64,000 nt of DNA, from assembly GCA_965216875.1 (NCBI GenBank), contig OZ244207.1, positions 6,272,001 to 6,336,000 of the forward strand, in the 5' to 3' direction. Within the stretch, counting starts at the first letter, position 1; each line of letters starts with the position of its first letter. Origin of the DNA: Rubripirellula sp. (GTDB lineage: Bacteria; Planctomycetota; Planctomycetia; Pirellulales; Pirellulaceae). Made by a program: the position numbers and the translations under genes. The notes under the pieces are model-generated. The model saw only the letters and a list, made by a program, of their open reading frames with translations. It searched no databases and had not been told where the DNA came from. Of the stretch, positions 10,375 to 20,068 are shown piece after piece.

Positions 10375-11787
10375 ATGAACGAATCGCGACCCTACCAAAG
10401 ATCTCCTTTTTGGGCCCTGGCCATTGTTTTGGGTTTGATCGTTGTTGTGCCGCTTCTGCTTTGCGGAGGCGTCCTGACTTGGTTCTTTGGTCGCTATTCA
10501 GCCGCTTCGAAGGAGTTGACCGTTCGGACGGAGTCGCTTCGGGCCGAGGACGTGCCGGTTGATTACGATTCGGTCGCCGATTTGCATCGCCGATTGACCT
10601 CGGACGAGCGAACCGATCGATGGGTCGAGCTGACGGCTGTCGTTGAAGGAAGAGACTTTGATGTAGCAAGTGTTGGTCTGCCTCACTTGGGTGCCGGCCC
10701 GGAGATCCCACCGCCAGATCAACCGTGGACTGACGAGCAAACGGTGAAGGATTTCTTGGCCACTCACGATGAGTTGTTGAAGTCGATCCATGAGCTGGCC
10801 GAAGCCGAGCTTGCCGATGGGGCCAAACCCATTTTTCGACCGATCGAAATGGAGGGCCTGGGAACGCTCCTGCCCGACACCCAAGCGACGCGAGCACTTT
10901 CAAGATTGATGATGCTTGAATGGGAAGTTGCGCTGCGCGACAACGATTCCAAACGGGCCCTTGAGTGCATCCGTGCGTGCCAAGGTTTAGAAGCATCTCT
11001 GTTGGGTGAACCGATGGTGGTGTCACAGCTCGTTCGGTTCAATGTTGCCAACCGGCGCAACGAAATGCTTCGACGTTCGATCGAGCATGACCTGCTTCAG
11101 CCGCAACAGCTGCGAGCAATTCGACGCGACATTCCAAGCATTGATGATGAGCTGGCAAGCTTTTCTTTGGCGGTTCAGGGTGAACGCGGATTGTCGTTGC
11201 CGGTCTTTTCCGATCCTGCTGAGGCAGCCGCTTTGCTCGAAATCGAAGAAGCAGAAAACTCGCCGCTGCTCGGCAAACTGAGATCTCGCGACGCGATCTT
11301 TTACCTTGATCAAATCGGAGCCTTCGAAGATGCGCCGACGGAGCTCGCCGAATTTCGCGAGCACGGACAAAAGTGGGGCGAGAACTTGTCTGCAAAAGTC
11401 GATTCGTCATCCGCTGCAGAAAAGACCGACTACATCGTTTCTTACCTGCTTCTGCCGGCGCTCCAAACCGTGTCGGCCGCTTATTCAAACGCGATCGAAA
11501 TCGACAACCTTGCGAGATTGGCAATTGATGTCAGGCTCTATCGCGTGGCCGATGGCTCACTTCCGCAGACGATGGATGAGTTGATCAAGAAAGGTGACGG
11601 CACAGCGGCTTATGAAACCGCTGGCGATGAACCGTTCGGTTATTTGAAAGAAGATTCGGGCGTCACGGTGTGGGGAATTGAACGTCTCAACAGTGATGTG
11701 ATTCCCGAGACGCCACCAAACGTTCAAGGCGACGAAGAAGCGAATCGGCGCTGGGTGTGGCGGGTGCCGAAACTGGCGAGTCCGTAA
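10375..11787 (+). CDS. Hypothetical membrane-anchored alpha-helical protein
   Basis: 470-aa ORF with one N-terminal TM segment. The C-terminal LAIDVRLYRVADGSLPQTMDEL resembles pseudopilin-like helices. Confidence 0.6.
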   Translation: MNESRPYQRSPFWALAIVLGLIVVVPLLLCGGVLTWFFGRYSAASKELTVRTESLRAEDVPVDYDSVADLHRRLTSDERTDRWVELTAVVEGRDFDVASVGLPHLGAGPEIPPPDQPWTDEQTVKDFLATHDELLKSIHELAEAELADGAKPIFRPIEMEGLGTLLPDTQATRALSRLMMLEWEVALRDNDSKRALECIRACQGLEASLLGEPMVVSQLVRFNVANRRNEMLRRSIEHDLLQPQQLRAIRRDIPSIDDELASFSLAVQGERGLSLPVFSDPAEAAALLEIEEAENSPLLGKLRSRDAIFYLDQIGAFEDAPTELAEFREHGQKWGENLSAKVDSSSAAEKTDYIVSYLLLPALQTVSAAYSNAIEIDNLARLAIDVRLYRVADGSLPQTMDELIKKGDGTAAYETAGDEPFGYLKEDSGVTVWGIERLNSDVIPETPPNVQGDEEANRRWVWRVPKLASP

Positions 11788-11800
11788 CCTGCTACCAAGT

Positions 11801-11840
11801 GTAGGCCGGATCAAGGAGCCACAGCGACGCAGATCCGGCA
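11801..11840 (+). repeat. REP-like palindrome family A, copy 2
   Basis: 39/40 identical to 7912-7951. Confidence 0.85.
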
Positions 11841-11850
11841 CGACAAACGG

Positions 11851-11909
11851 TTCGTAGTCCCGTCTTTGGGCGGCCGGCCAGAAGATTCCGGCTAAAGCTC
11901 GGCTACGAA
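11851..11909 (+). repeat. REPIN-like element family B, copy 2
   Basis: ttcgtagtcccgtctttgggcgg...gaagattccggctaaagctcggctacgaa. Confidence 0.8.
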
Positions 11910-11914
11910 AAAAC

Positions 11915-12874
11915 CTAGGTGAGGTCGCGTACTGCGGTGATGAATTCTCGCATCGACTGATACCGCTCGGTTGGCTTCTTCGCGATTGCGCGCATCACCA
12001 CGTCGTCGGCACCTTTGGGGATGTCTCGATCGGGTGAGCGGACACTCGGTGGATCGGGCATTCGATGCTTGATGTTGTCGAAGGTCTCATCAATATTGGC
12101 GCCGCGAAACGGTTCACGAATGGCAAGCAGTTCATACATGCAAACGCCTGCGCTGAAGACATCGGTTCGTTCGTCGATGCTGCGGTTTCCATCGATCTGT
12201 TCGGGCGACATGTACAGTGGCGTTCCGGGGCGTTGCCCGCCACCGGTCAGCGTTTGAAGCTGTGTCTCTTCGCTTTGTGGTCGCAGCACACTTTTGGACA
12301 CCGGTTCATTGTGGTCGGTGTGTCCCCAGACTTTCGCCACTCCCCAATCGAGCAGAATGACTTCGCCAAAGTTCCCGACCCAGATGTTCTCGGGTTTCAT
12401 ATCGCGATGGATCACACCGCGTGCATGCGCGTAGGCGAGTGCCTGGCAGGAACTGGCCAGGATTTCGAGACGCCGCGCTGTGTCGAAGGCATCGATCGTG
12501 GGTTGGTCGCCCATCGCGATGCGTTTGAGGATTTCGAAAAAGTTCTCACCCGAGATCCGCTTCATCACAAAGAAGATGCCTTCTTTGTCGTCGTCACCGA
12601 TGTCGTATACCGGCACCGTGTTGGGATGTTGCAATTGGGCGGTGACGCGAGCTTCGCGAAGCAACCGACGTCGTTCGTTGCGATCACGCTGGGTGGCGGG
12701 CAACAGCGTTTTGACGGCGACCGTGCGACCGGTGACTGGATCGAAACAAGAACGCAAGATCGCACTTCCACCGCGACCGATTTCGCGGTAGCCGGTGTAC
12801 CGACCGAGTCCTGGCGGCAGGTTGCGCGGCAGATCGGGGTCGGTTCCGGAAAGAATGATGGATGATTCGTTCAT
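11915..12874 (-). CDS. Hanks-type Ser/Thr protein kinase (catalytic domain only)
   Basis: IGRGG, VAVK, HRDMKPEN, DWG, GTPLYMSPEQ and TDVFS. Start placed at MNESS. Confidence 0.9.
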   Translation of the reverse strand: MNESSIILSGTDPDLPRNLPPGLGRYTGYREIGRGGSAILRSCFDPVTGRTVAVKTLLPATQRDRNERRRLLREARVTAQLQHPNTVPVYDIGDDDKEGIFFVMKRISGENFFEILKRIAMGDQPTIDAFDTARRLEILASSCQALAYAHARGVIHRDMKPENIWVGNFGEVILLDWGVAKVWGHTDHNEPVSKSVLRPQSEETQLQTLTGGGQRPGTPLYMSPEQIDGNRSIDERTDVFSAGVCMYELLAIREPFRGANIDETFDNIKHRMPDPPSVRSPDRDIPKGADDVVMRAIAKKPTERYQSMREFITAVRDLT

Positions 12875-12979
12875 GTTTCCAGTATAGAGAAGAATCGGCC
12901 GGTATCGGGACACGACCAAACCGGAAAACGGCTCACGAACAGTCCGCTCAGTCGAAACCTGAGGGATCCGACCGGCCAC

Positions 12980-13011
12980 AAAAAAACCCGGTAGCGGGAT
13001 GCTACCGGGTT
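12980..13011 (-). terminator. Intrinsic terminator of glnII
   Basis: aacccggtagc/gctaccgggtt stem with an adjacent A-run (U-tract on the minus strand), just downstream of the glnII stop. Confidence 0.8.
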
Positions 13012-13049
13012 CAAGCTTCTCTTTGCGGAGAAAGATGCTCTCGTTTTAC

Positions 13050-14075
13050 TTAGGCAGGTTGCTCGACGCTTGCACCCTTGACCGTCGTGATGATCGCGCT
13101 GGCGACCATGTACGGGTCAGCGTTGGATGCAGGACGACGATCTTCCAACCAACCCTTCCAGCCGTGCTCGACGGTGAAGACTGGGATACGGATCGAAGCA
13201 CCACGGTCCGAGATACCGTAGCTGAACTTGTCGATCGATTGGGTTTCGTGCAGACCGGTCAAACGCTGATCGTTGTCGGCACCGTAAACGTCGATGTGAT
13301 GCTTGATGCGTGGCTCGAAAGCTTGGCAAACAGCATCGTAAACTTCCTTGCTGCCGCAGGTTCGCAGCAGGGTGTTCGAGAAGTTTGCGTGCATGCCGCT
13401 TCCGTTCCAGTCGCCTTTGACGGGCTTGCAGTGGAAGTTGATCGACATGCCGTACTTTTCGGCGGTACGCTCAAGGATGTAACGAGCGAGCCAAATTTGG
13501 TCACCAGCTTCTTTGGCACCCTTGGCGAAGATTTGGAATTCCCATTGGCCCATCATCACTTCGGCGTTGATGCCTTCGACGTTCAGGCCAGCTTCCAAGC
13601 ACAGCTCGAGGTGCTCTTCGACAATGTCACGACCGACTGCTTTGCCAGCACCGACCGAGCAGTAGTAAGGACCTTGAGGAGCTGGGAAACCTTCAGCTGG
13701 GAAGCCGATTGGACGATCGGTTTCTGGATCCCAGATGGTGTATTCCTGTTCGAAGCCGAACCAGAAATCGTTGTCGTCGTCTTCAATGGTCGAACGACCG
13801 TTGCTCTTGTGAGGTGAACCGTCGTGGTTGAGCACTTCGCACATCACCAAGAAACCAGTGCCCAAACGGCCTGGATCGGGAACGACGTAGACTGGTTTGA
13901 GCAAGCAGTCGGACGAGCCGCCTGGAGCTTGTTCGGTCGACGAACCGTCAAATCCCCACATCGGGGCGTCTTCAACGTTGCCGCTGAAATCATCAACAAC
14001 TTTTGTCTTGCTACGCAGGCTCTGGGTGGGCTGATAGCCGTCGAGCCAGATGTACTCCAACTTGCATTTGGTCAT
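13050..14075 (-). CDS. glnII: Glutamine synthetase type II
   Basis: KLEYIWLDG, FDGSST, WFGFEQEY, NAEVMMGQWEFQI, DWNGSGMHANFS, RLTGLHET, DRGASIRIP and EDRRPASNADPY. About 341 aa, with GGGGGA upstream of ATG 14075. Confidence 0.92.
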   Translation of the reverse strand: MTKCKLEYIWLDGYQPTQSLRSKTKVVDDFSGNVEDAPMWGFDGSSTEQAPGGSSDCLLKPVYVVPDPGRLGTGFLVMCEVLNHDGSPHKSNGRSTIEDDDNDFWFGFEQEYTIWDPETDRPIGFPAEGFPAPQGPYYCSVGAGKAVGRDIVEEHLELCLEAGLNVEGINAEVMMGQWEFQIFAKGAKEAGDQIWLARYILERTAEKYGMSINFHCKPVKGDWNGSGMHANFSNTLLRTCGSKEVYDAVCQAFEPRIKHHIDVYGADNDQRLTGLHETQSIDKFSYGISDRGASIRIPVFTVEHGWKGWLEDRRPASNADPYMVASAIITTVKGASVEQPA

Positions 14076-15041
14076 AAAAGTGATTCCCCCTAGTGAATCA
14101 ATAACGAGTTTGACCGATTGGCGCCTGTCACCCTCTGTGGGCGGAATCAATGCACCGAAAACGTTCCGAAAAACTTTCCTACGAAATCTACCTACCACAC
14201 CCAGAAATCCGGGTTCCGTCGCATCGTGCGGCGACCGGAACGAACGCTCACCAAGCCTGCCGGCCCGGTGGAGCGTACAGTCTTAAAATAACCAATTTCT
14301 GTTCAAACGAAAGTCTTCCGGCTCGGCCTCAAGAGAAACTCCACCACCGCCCGCCACCGAAGCAAAGGCGAACTGTCGGCTTTGGCAGCCGGTGGCGACC
14401 CACTCATAGGGTGCAAGAATTCAGGCCAGGTCCCGAGCTTTCAAATCGCCCCCGTTGATTCTTGGCCGCGGTCGCCAATCGATCGACCGGACCAAGGGGG
14501 GCATCGCCGCCAAAAGGACCAATTGTCGGCGGCTCAATTCACAATGCCCGCGCCCCTGCGCGGAGCCGCCAAATGTGGTGCCCAGCGAAATCCCTACTGC
14601 ATCAATGTTCGGCGCTCGACCGATACGAACCTGTCCTCCCGCGTTTGGGCTACCAAGCGGGCACAATCTGCGGCCAATCGACTCGCCACCAAACAACCGA
14701 AAGAAAATTTGTTTGCCCGGCAGACCTTCGATTGGATTGAGGAGCCCATGCGGTCACCCCTTCAGAACCTTGCGTTCCACGCGTATTGGCGGTCGCTCGT
14801 TGTTCCAAGCGAGGTGGTCGTCGCGGCCGCGCCCCGCAACCGCCCCGTTTTTTGCCTAACTTTTAGGTCTCCGGTGTACTTTTGCCAGCACCACCGAGAT
14901 CGCTCTAATAGCAGCAGATTGAACAGCTCGATTTGTTGTCCCCCAATGGAGCCGGTTGCTGAGTCACCTTGGCACCGAATTGGGGACAGCCTCTCCATAG
15001 CACCGCAGAACCATCCCGATATTGGATGCATCATTGTGAGC

Positions 15042-15566
15042 ATGACACCAAACAATCCTTTTGAGCAGCAAAGCCAAGCACCCGCACCGGCCAACAAAGG
15101 TGGTGGGAAAACCTTCCTTTGGGTCATCGCGATCTTGTGTGGCGGCGGTTTGCTCGGTGGCCTCGTTTGTTGCGGAGTTTTGTACGGACTGTTCAGTTTT
15201 GGGATCGATGTGCTCACAGAATCCTACAAAGAGCAACTCGCTGGTGATCCCGTGATCGTCGAGCATATTGGCGAGATCGAATCGCTGGAGATGAGTTTGT
15301 CAAAGACCGCGGCCGAAGCTGAAAACACCGACGGCGACATGATGGCCTTTGAAGTCGAAGGCACAAAGGGTTCGGGCACCCTTTTGATCGAACAGGACAA
15401 CGCGGGGGATGGCACCGGAATCGAGTCGGCAATCTTGGTCACGCCTGATGGACAGCGGCACGATGTGATCAAAGGACGTTTCAGCGAGGGCGGCGAGTTC
15501 GATCTGAGCGAAGTGGATCAGATGCTTGAAGAGTTCAAAACCGAGCTTGAATCAATCGAACAATGA
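15042..15566 (+). CDS. Small membrane-anchored protein, Coa1-like/hypothetical
   Basis: One TM segment with CC followed by DPVIVEHIGEI...FEVEGTKGSGTL. The upstream extension to 14382 looks non-coding. Confidence 0.55.
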   Translation: MTPNNPFEQQSQAPAPANKGGGKTFLWVIAILCGGGLLGGLVCCGVLYGLFSFGIDVLTESYKEQLAGDPVIVEHIGEIESLEMSLSKTAAEAENTDGDMMAFEVEGTKGSGTLLIEQDNAGDGTGIESAILVTPDGQRHDVIKGRFSEGGEFDLSEVDQMLEEFKTELESIEQ

Positions 15567-15795
15567 GCCCGTGAACCTGAAGATCCGGTGGCCCTGAATG
15601 CCGCATGGATGGACAAGCGAGTCATCGATGCAAATGCAGGGTTTGACGCCTTCACCATCACCCCCGATCATTTTGGCCACCGACCAACCGGCACATCCCA
15701 CCAAGTCGGCCGTTCGAAGCATCCGCACCTCTGCGGATTCCGAAAAGAACAAACGACAAAACCGATCACATAACCACAACAAACCAAAGAGAACC

Positions 15796-16227
15796 ATGAA
15801 AGTTGCAACCTTCGAAACTGACAAAGGCAACATCCGCGTCGAGCTGTTTGCGGACAAGACTCCGATCACCGTCGGGAAATTCGAACAGCTCTGCGAAAAG
15901 AACTTTTACGATGGGCTTACCTTCCATCGCGTGATCGCCGACTTCATGATCCAAGGCGGTTGCCCACAAGGCACAGGCACCGGTGGACCAGGCTACCAAT
16001 TCGAAGATGAGTTTCATCCAGAGTTGCGTCACGATGGCCCTGGAGTCCTCTCGATGGCCAATGCGGGACCCAACACCAATGGATCGCAGTTCTTCATCAC
16101 TCACGTCGCTACCCCGCACCTAGACGATCGCCACAGCGTTTTCGGACGAGTGCTCGAGGGACAAGACGTTGTCGATGCGATCGCCCAAGGCGACAAGATG
16201 AACAAAGTCACCGTGACCGAAGAGTAA
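15796..16227 (+). CDS. Cyclophilin-type peptidyl-prolyl cis-trans isomerase
   Basis: [37 protein letters not shown] and HSVFGRV. Confidence 0.95.
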   Translation: MKVATFETDKGNIRVELFADKTPITVGKFEQLCEKNFYDGLTFHRVIADFMIQGGCPQGTGTGGPGYQFEDEFHPELRHDGPGVLSMANAGPNTNGSQFFITHVATPHLDDRHSVFGRVLEGQDVVDAIAQGDKMNKVTVTEE

Positions 16228-16309
16228 ACCGCCTTCTGTAGGGTGTGTGGGTCGCGCCATTGGCGAGCGACCAACACCCCGTTTCGACGTCCCGCCTGAG
16301 GTGTGCAAC

Positions 16310-17437
16310 ATGCGATTCTTTTCACTCGTGATCGCAACCTTCGCGATCGGTTTCGCGTCGTCAAAAGCGGCATGGTGTGAGACGCTTCCGGTCTATATCG
16401 GAACCGGCGCCGAGGGGATTTACCTTTCACAGTTTGACGTCGAAACGGGCGAGCTAAGCGAACCCAAGAAGGTGGCTCAGACCAAACGCCCCACCTTCTT
16501 GTGGATCGAACCAAATACCCATTCGCTGCTTAGCATTTGCGAACTCGGAAGAGGTTCGGGTGATGACGGTGCGGCGATCGTCTCCTGGGCCATTGATGCC
16601 GCCACAGGCGGACTGACCCTGCGAAACCGCCAAGACGCGATGCATGACGGCCCCTGCTTCGTCGGTGCATCGTCGGATGGCAAGTTTGCTGTGATCGCAA
16701 ACTATGGTGGCGGGAGTGTTGCTCTGTATCCGATCAACGATGACGGATCATTGCAAAAGGCTTCGGCCCACATGGTGCACAGCGGATCGAGTATCAACCC
16801 TCGGCGACAGAAAGAACCACACGCGCACAGCAGCCGGTTCGATCCGAGCGACCGTCGCGTCGCTGCCGCTGACCTAGGCACGGACAAGGTCTATCTGTAC
16901 GACGTTGGCGACGGGGGATCGCTCACGCCATCCACTCCGCCCGCTATCGAGACGCCACCTGGAAGCGGGCCGCGCCACTTTGTCTTTTCGCCCGACAACC
17001 ATTACATGCTGATTCTGGGTGAGCTGACGGGAACGATCACCACCGTTCGCTACGCCCCGCCCAAGATTGAGAAGATCGAAACCGTTTCGACGATGGCCGA
17101 TGGCGTTGCCGACGATGCACCTCGCGGGTCGGCCGAGATCTTGTTTCACCCCAATGGACGATGGGTCTATTGCAGCAATCGCGGGCCCAACGAAATCGCC
17201 GTGTTTGACTATGACGCAAAGTCAGCCAGATTGAAGCGGACATCAGCGATCAGCAGCGGTGGGAAACACCCGAGGAATTTTCGAATCTCGCCTGACGGCA
17301 AGTTCATGTTGGTCGCAAACCAGCTGACCGATAACATTGTTGTCTTCAAGATCGATGCGGAAGACGGAAAACTCGTTCCGACCGACATCGAGCTGAAAGT
17401 GCCCAAGCCAATGTGTTTGAAGTTCTTTCAGAAGTGA
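16310..17437 (+). CDS. Secreted lactonase family protein (6-phosphogluconolactonase-like beta-propeller)
   Basis: Signal peptide; ANYGGG, PHAH, ADLGTDKV, GPRH, SNRG and PRNF. Confidence 0.88.
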   Translation: MRFFSLVIATFAIGFASSKAAWCETLPVYIGTGAEGIYLSQFDVETGELSEPKKVAQTKRPTFLWIEPNTHSLLSICELGRGSGDDGAAIVSWAIDAATGGLTLRNRQDAMHDGPCFVGASSDGKFAVIANYGGGSVALYPINDDGSLQKASAHMVHSGSSINPRRQKEPHAHSSRFDPSDRRVAAADLGTDKVYLYDVGDGGSLTPSTPPAIETPPGSGPRHFVFSPDNHYMLILGELTGTITTVRYAPPKIEKIETVSTMADGVADDAPRGSAEILFHPNGRWVYCSNRGPNEIAVFDYDAKSARLKRTSAISSGGKHPRNFRISPDGKFMLVANQLTDNIVVFKIDAEDGKLVPTDIELKVPKPMCLKFFQK

Positions 17438-17464
17438 TCGTCAAACGCGCTTAGTGGCCAGCCA

Positions 17465-18496
17465 ATGTCAAAACCACGATTACTGATTCAATGGATCGTG
17501 GGTTTGGCCCTTGGGACCGCGTTGATTGCAGCGACCTCGCCCTTTTTCGTACGCAGCTACGTTCCGCTGAGCGTAGATCAAACACGCAATGTTTGGACCA
17601 TGCCGCCAGGGCGACTTTACCGTTGGCGAAGCGAAGGTTACGCAAACACTTCGGTGGGGCCGCTTGGCATGCCAGGCAAAACCGAGTTGCCGCCGCGCGA
17701 CGAGCGGATGCGAGTTGCGTTGTGGGGTGATTCGCAAGCCGAAGGTGTCTGCGTTGTCGACCACCAAAAGCTGTTTCATCAAACCGAGATTGCTTCGGGT
17801 AACAAGGCGGTCGTTTTTCCGCTCGTCCGAAGTGGCGAAGATGCGGCAACGTGGCTGACCCAGATGCCACGTGTCGAAGCACCGCTCGCGATCGACGCGC
17901 ATGTGTTCTTGATTGTCGACTTGCCGGATCTGCAAGCCGCCATTAGCGCACCGATTGATCCACCGTCCGAGGCCGACATCCAGCAAGCCAATGCCGCGCT
18001 GGCATCGCGTTTGCCGGCGTTTGTGATCCAGACGGCTCGACATCTGTTGTACGAAAACGATGGTGCGACGCGTCGCCAATTGCGGTTTTCGATCGGGCCG
18101 ATCCAGCAGGACGAATCCAACACGCAGAACGCCGCTTCGGCCAATAACGGAAGTGCCATCGATTGGTCGCCTTCGACTCGAGCGGTACGAAGAACAACCA
18201 ACCTGCCGGTGGTCATTATCTACGCGCCGATCTTGCCACAGATTTTCTATGGCAAGCTACTTGTCGACGATCCAAACGAAGATTCGTTCAGTCAACTTCG
18301 CAAAACAGCCGAACAAGCCGGGATCGCCGTGATCGACATGCGGCCAACGTTTCGTGAGTCAATGCAAGACGGAGCGTTCGCGCATGGCTATCACAACGGT
18401 TTGATCGGAAACGGACATCTCAACGCAACCGGCTACAAACTTGTCGCCGAGGCTTTGGCGACGACCCTTGCTCAAATTGCAAACGAAGGCGAGTAA
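17465..18496 (+). CDS. SGNH-like periplasmic protein (AlgJ/AlgX/PatB-like partner of the MBOAT)
   Basis: N-terminal anchor, LWGDSQAEG block and C-terminal GHLNATGYKLVAEAL; adjacent to the MBOAT gene. Confidence 0.65.
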   Translation: MSKPRLLIQWIVGLALGTALIAATSPFFVRSYVPLSVDQTRNVWTMPPGRLYRWRSEGYANTSVGPLGMPGKTELPPRDERMRVALWGDSQAEGVCVVDHQKLFHQTEIASGNKAVVFPLVRSGEDAATWLTQMPRVEAPLAIDAHVFLIVDLPDLQAAISAPIDPPSEADIQQANAALASRLPAFVIQTARHLLYENDGATRRQLRFSIGPIQQDESNTQNAASANNGSAIDWSPSTRAVRRTTNLPVVIIYAPILPQIFYGKLLVDDPNEDSFSQLRKTAEQAGIAVIDMRPTFRESMQDGAFAHGYHNGLIGNGHLNATGYKLVAEALATTLAQIANEGE

Positions 18497-18502
18497 GGCG
18501 GC

Positions 18503-20065
18503 ATGCTCTTCACCCAAATTGAGTTCCTCGTTTTCTTTGCGGTCGTCGTTGCCGCGACGTGGATGGTGCCAAAGTTCGTTGGTGAGCCGTCCACTTCAGA
18601 AGACCCCGAGGTGGAAGAACCACCTCCCGAAGAAACGACATCCGATAAGCAAGAGCAAGAGCAAGAGCAAGAGGACGCGGACACTGACGCCGAGACGGAC
18701 CCCGAGGAATCCTCCGCGCCAGTGCGAGTGAAGCGACGTGATCGGAATCCGGCACGCGGTCAGCGGAACTCGATCCTGCTGTTGGCGAGCTATTACTTTT
18801 ACGCCTATTGGGACTATCGCTTTTGCGGGTTGCTACTGCTTTCTACGGTGGTTGATTACGTCGTTGCAAAGCGCATCGAAGCAAGTGACGACCAGGACAC
18901 ACGCCGCTCGCTCTTGTTGGTCAGTTTGTTTGTCAACTTGGGCGTCCTCGGCTTCTTCAAGTACTTTGGGTTCTTTGTTGAATCGGCCGCGCCGTTGGTA
19001 GAATCGTTTGGGATGAGTCCGACCACTTTGGACATCATCTTGCCGGTCGGTATTTCGTTTTACACCTTTCAAACGCTTAGCTACACGATCGATGTCTATC
19101 GGCGAGTGATTCGCCCGGTGAATCGGTTCCTCGACTTTGCACTTTACGTTGCGTTCTTTCCTCAGTTAGTTGCCGGTCCAATCGTTCGAGCGCGTGAGTT
19201 GCTCCCACAACTCGCAACCGTTCCGGAGTGGTCGACTCGCCGGTTCTATGGCGGCGCCCAGCAAATGTTGCGCGGTGCGGTCAAGAAAGTCTTGCTTGCC
19301 GATCGACTTGGCGAAGCGGTCGACGTGGTCTTTGCCGGCCCCGACCTTTACTCGGGCGTCACGATTTGGATTGCCGTGATCGCCTACGCAGGGCAAATCT
19401 ACTATGACTTTTCGGGCTACAGTGACATGGCGATCGGTGCCGCCAAGATGCTGGGTTATCGCTTTCCAATTAACTTTCGGCATCCGTACCTTTCGCGATC
19501 GATGGCCGAGTTCTGGCATCGTTGGCACATCACGTTGTCGAGGTGGCTGCGCGACTATCTGTACATTTCGCTCGGTGGCAATCGAATCAGCAGCTTGTCG
19601 ACGTACCGAAACCTGATGATCACGATGACCCTTGGCGGTCTATGGCATGGTGCGGCGTGGACGTTCGTGTTGTGGGGTGTTTGGCATGGAGCTGCTCTCG
19701 CCATTGAGAGATTCGTCAGAGCAAAAACCAACATTGCACTTCCCTCCCCTGTCGCGTGGTTGGCGACGATGACCGTCGTACTTGTTGGATGGGTGTTGTT
19801 CCGAGCTCAGGATCTCGAAACGACTGCGATCCTCTTGGAGCGGATGGTGACAATGACTTCGGGCGTTGACTGGTTCCCGCCACTCACGTTGCTTGCGATT
19901 TCGATTCTGGTCATCGAACACGTCGCCTGGCGCACGCGACTGCGAAGAGCGATGCGACTACCATGGGATGCTTGGTATTCGCCCATCGCCACCGCCGTCA
20001 TGGTCTGGGCGATCGTGCTCTATGCACCCCAGGGATTCCGGCCGTTCGTCTACTTTCAGTTTTGA
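18503..20065 (+). CDS. MBOAT family O-acyltransferase (AlgI/DltB-like)
   Basis: LPVGISFYTFQTLSY, FFPQLVAGPI, DFSGYSDMAIG, FWHRWHITLS, GLWHGA and terminal FVYFQF. Confidence 0.92.
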   Translation: MLFTQIEFLVFFAVVVAATWMVPKFVGEPSTSEDPEVEEPPPEETTSDKQEQEQEQEDADTDAETDPEESSAPVRVKRRDRNPARGQRNSILLLASYYFYAYWDYRFCGLLLLSTVVDYVVAKRIEASDDQDTRRSLLLVSLFVNLGVLGFFKYFGFFVESAAPLVESFGMSPTTLDIILPVGISFYTFQTLSYTIDVYRRVIRPVNRFLDFALYVAFFPQLVAGPIVRARELLPQLATVPEWSTRRFYGGAQQMLRGAVKKVLLADRLGEAVDVVFAGPDLYSGVTIWIAVIAYAGQIYYDFSGYSDMAIGAAKMLGYRFPINFRHPYLSRSMAEFWHRWHITLSRWLRDYLYISLGGNRISSLSTYRNLMITMTLGGLWHGAAWTFVLWGVWHGAALAIERFVRAKTNIALPSPVAWLATMTVVLVGWVLFRAQDLETTAILLERMVTMTSGVDWFPPLTLLAISILVIEHVAWRTRLRRAMRLPWDAWYSPIATAVMVWAIVLYAPQGFRPFVYFQF

Positions 20066-20068
20066 CGT

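Noticed and set aside
12999..13817. 272-aa + strand ORF antisense to glnII
   Set aside because: Shadow ORF in register with a strongly biased, motif-complete gene; it has no recognisable motifs.
14969..14985. Sigma-54-like tggcaccgaattggg
   Set aside because: There is no GC at -12 with the required spacing, and it faces away from glnII.
14382..15041. N-terminal 220 aa of the 394-aa ORF 14382..15566
   Set aside because: R/P/S-rich, non-protein-like composition from a TTG start; the credible protein begins at ATG 15042.
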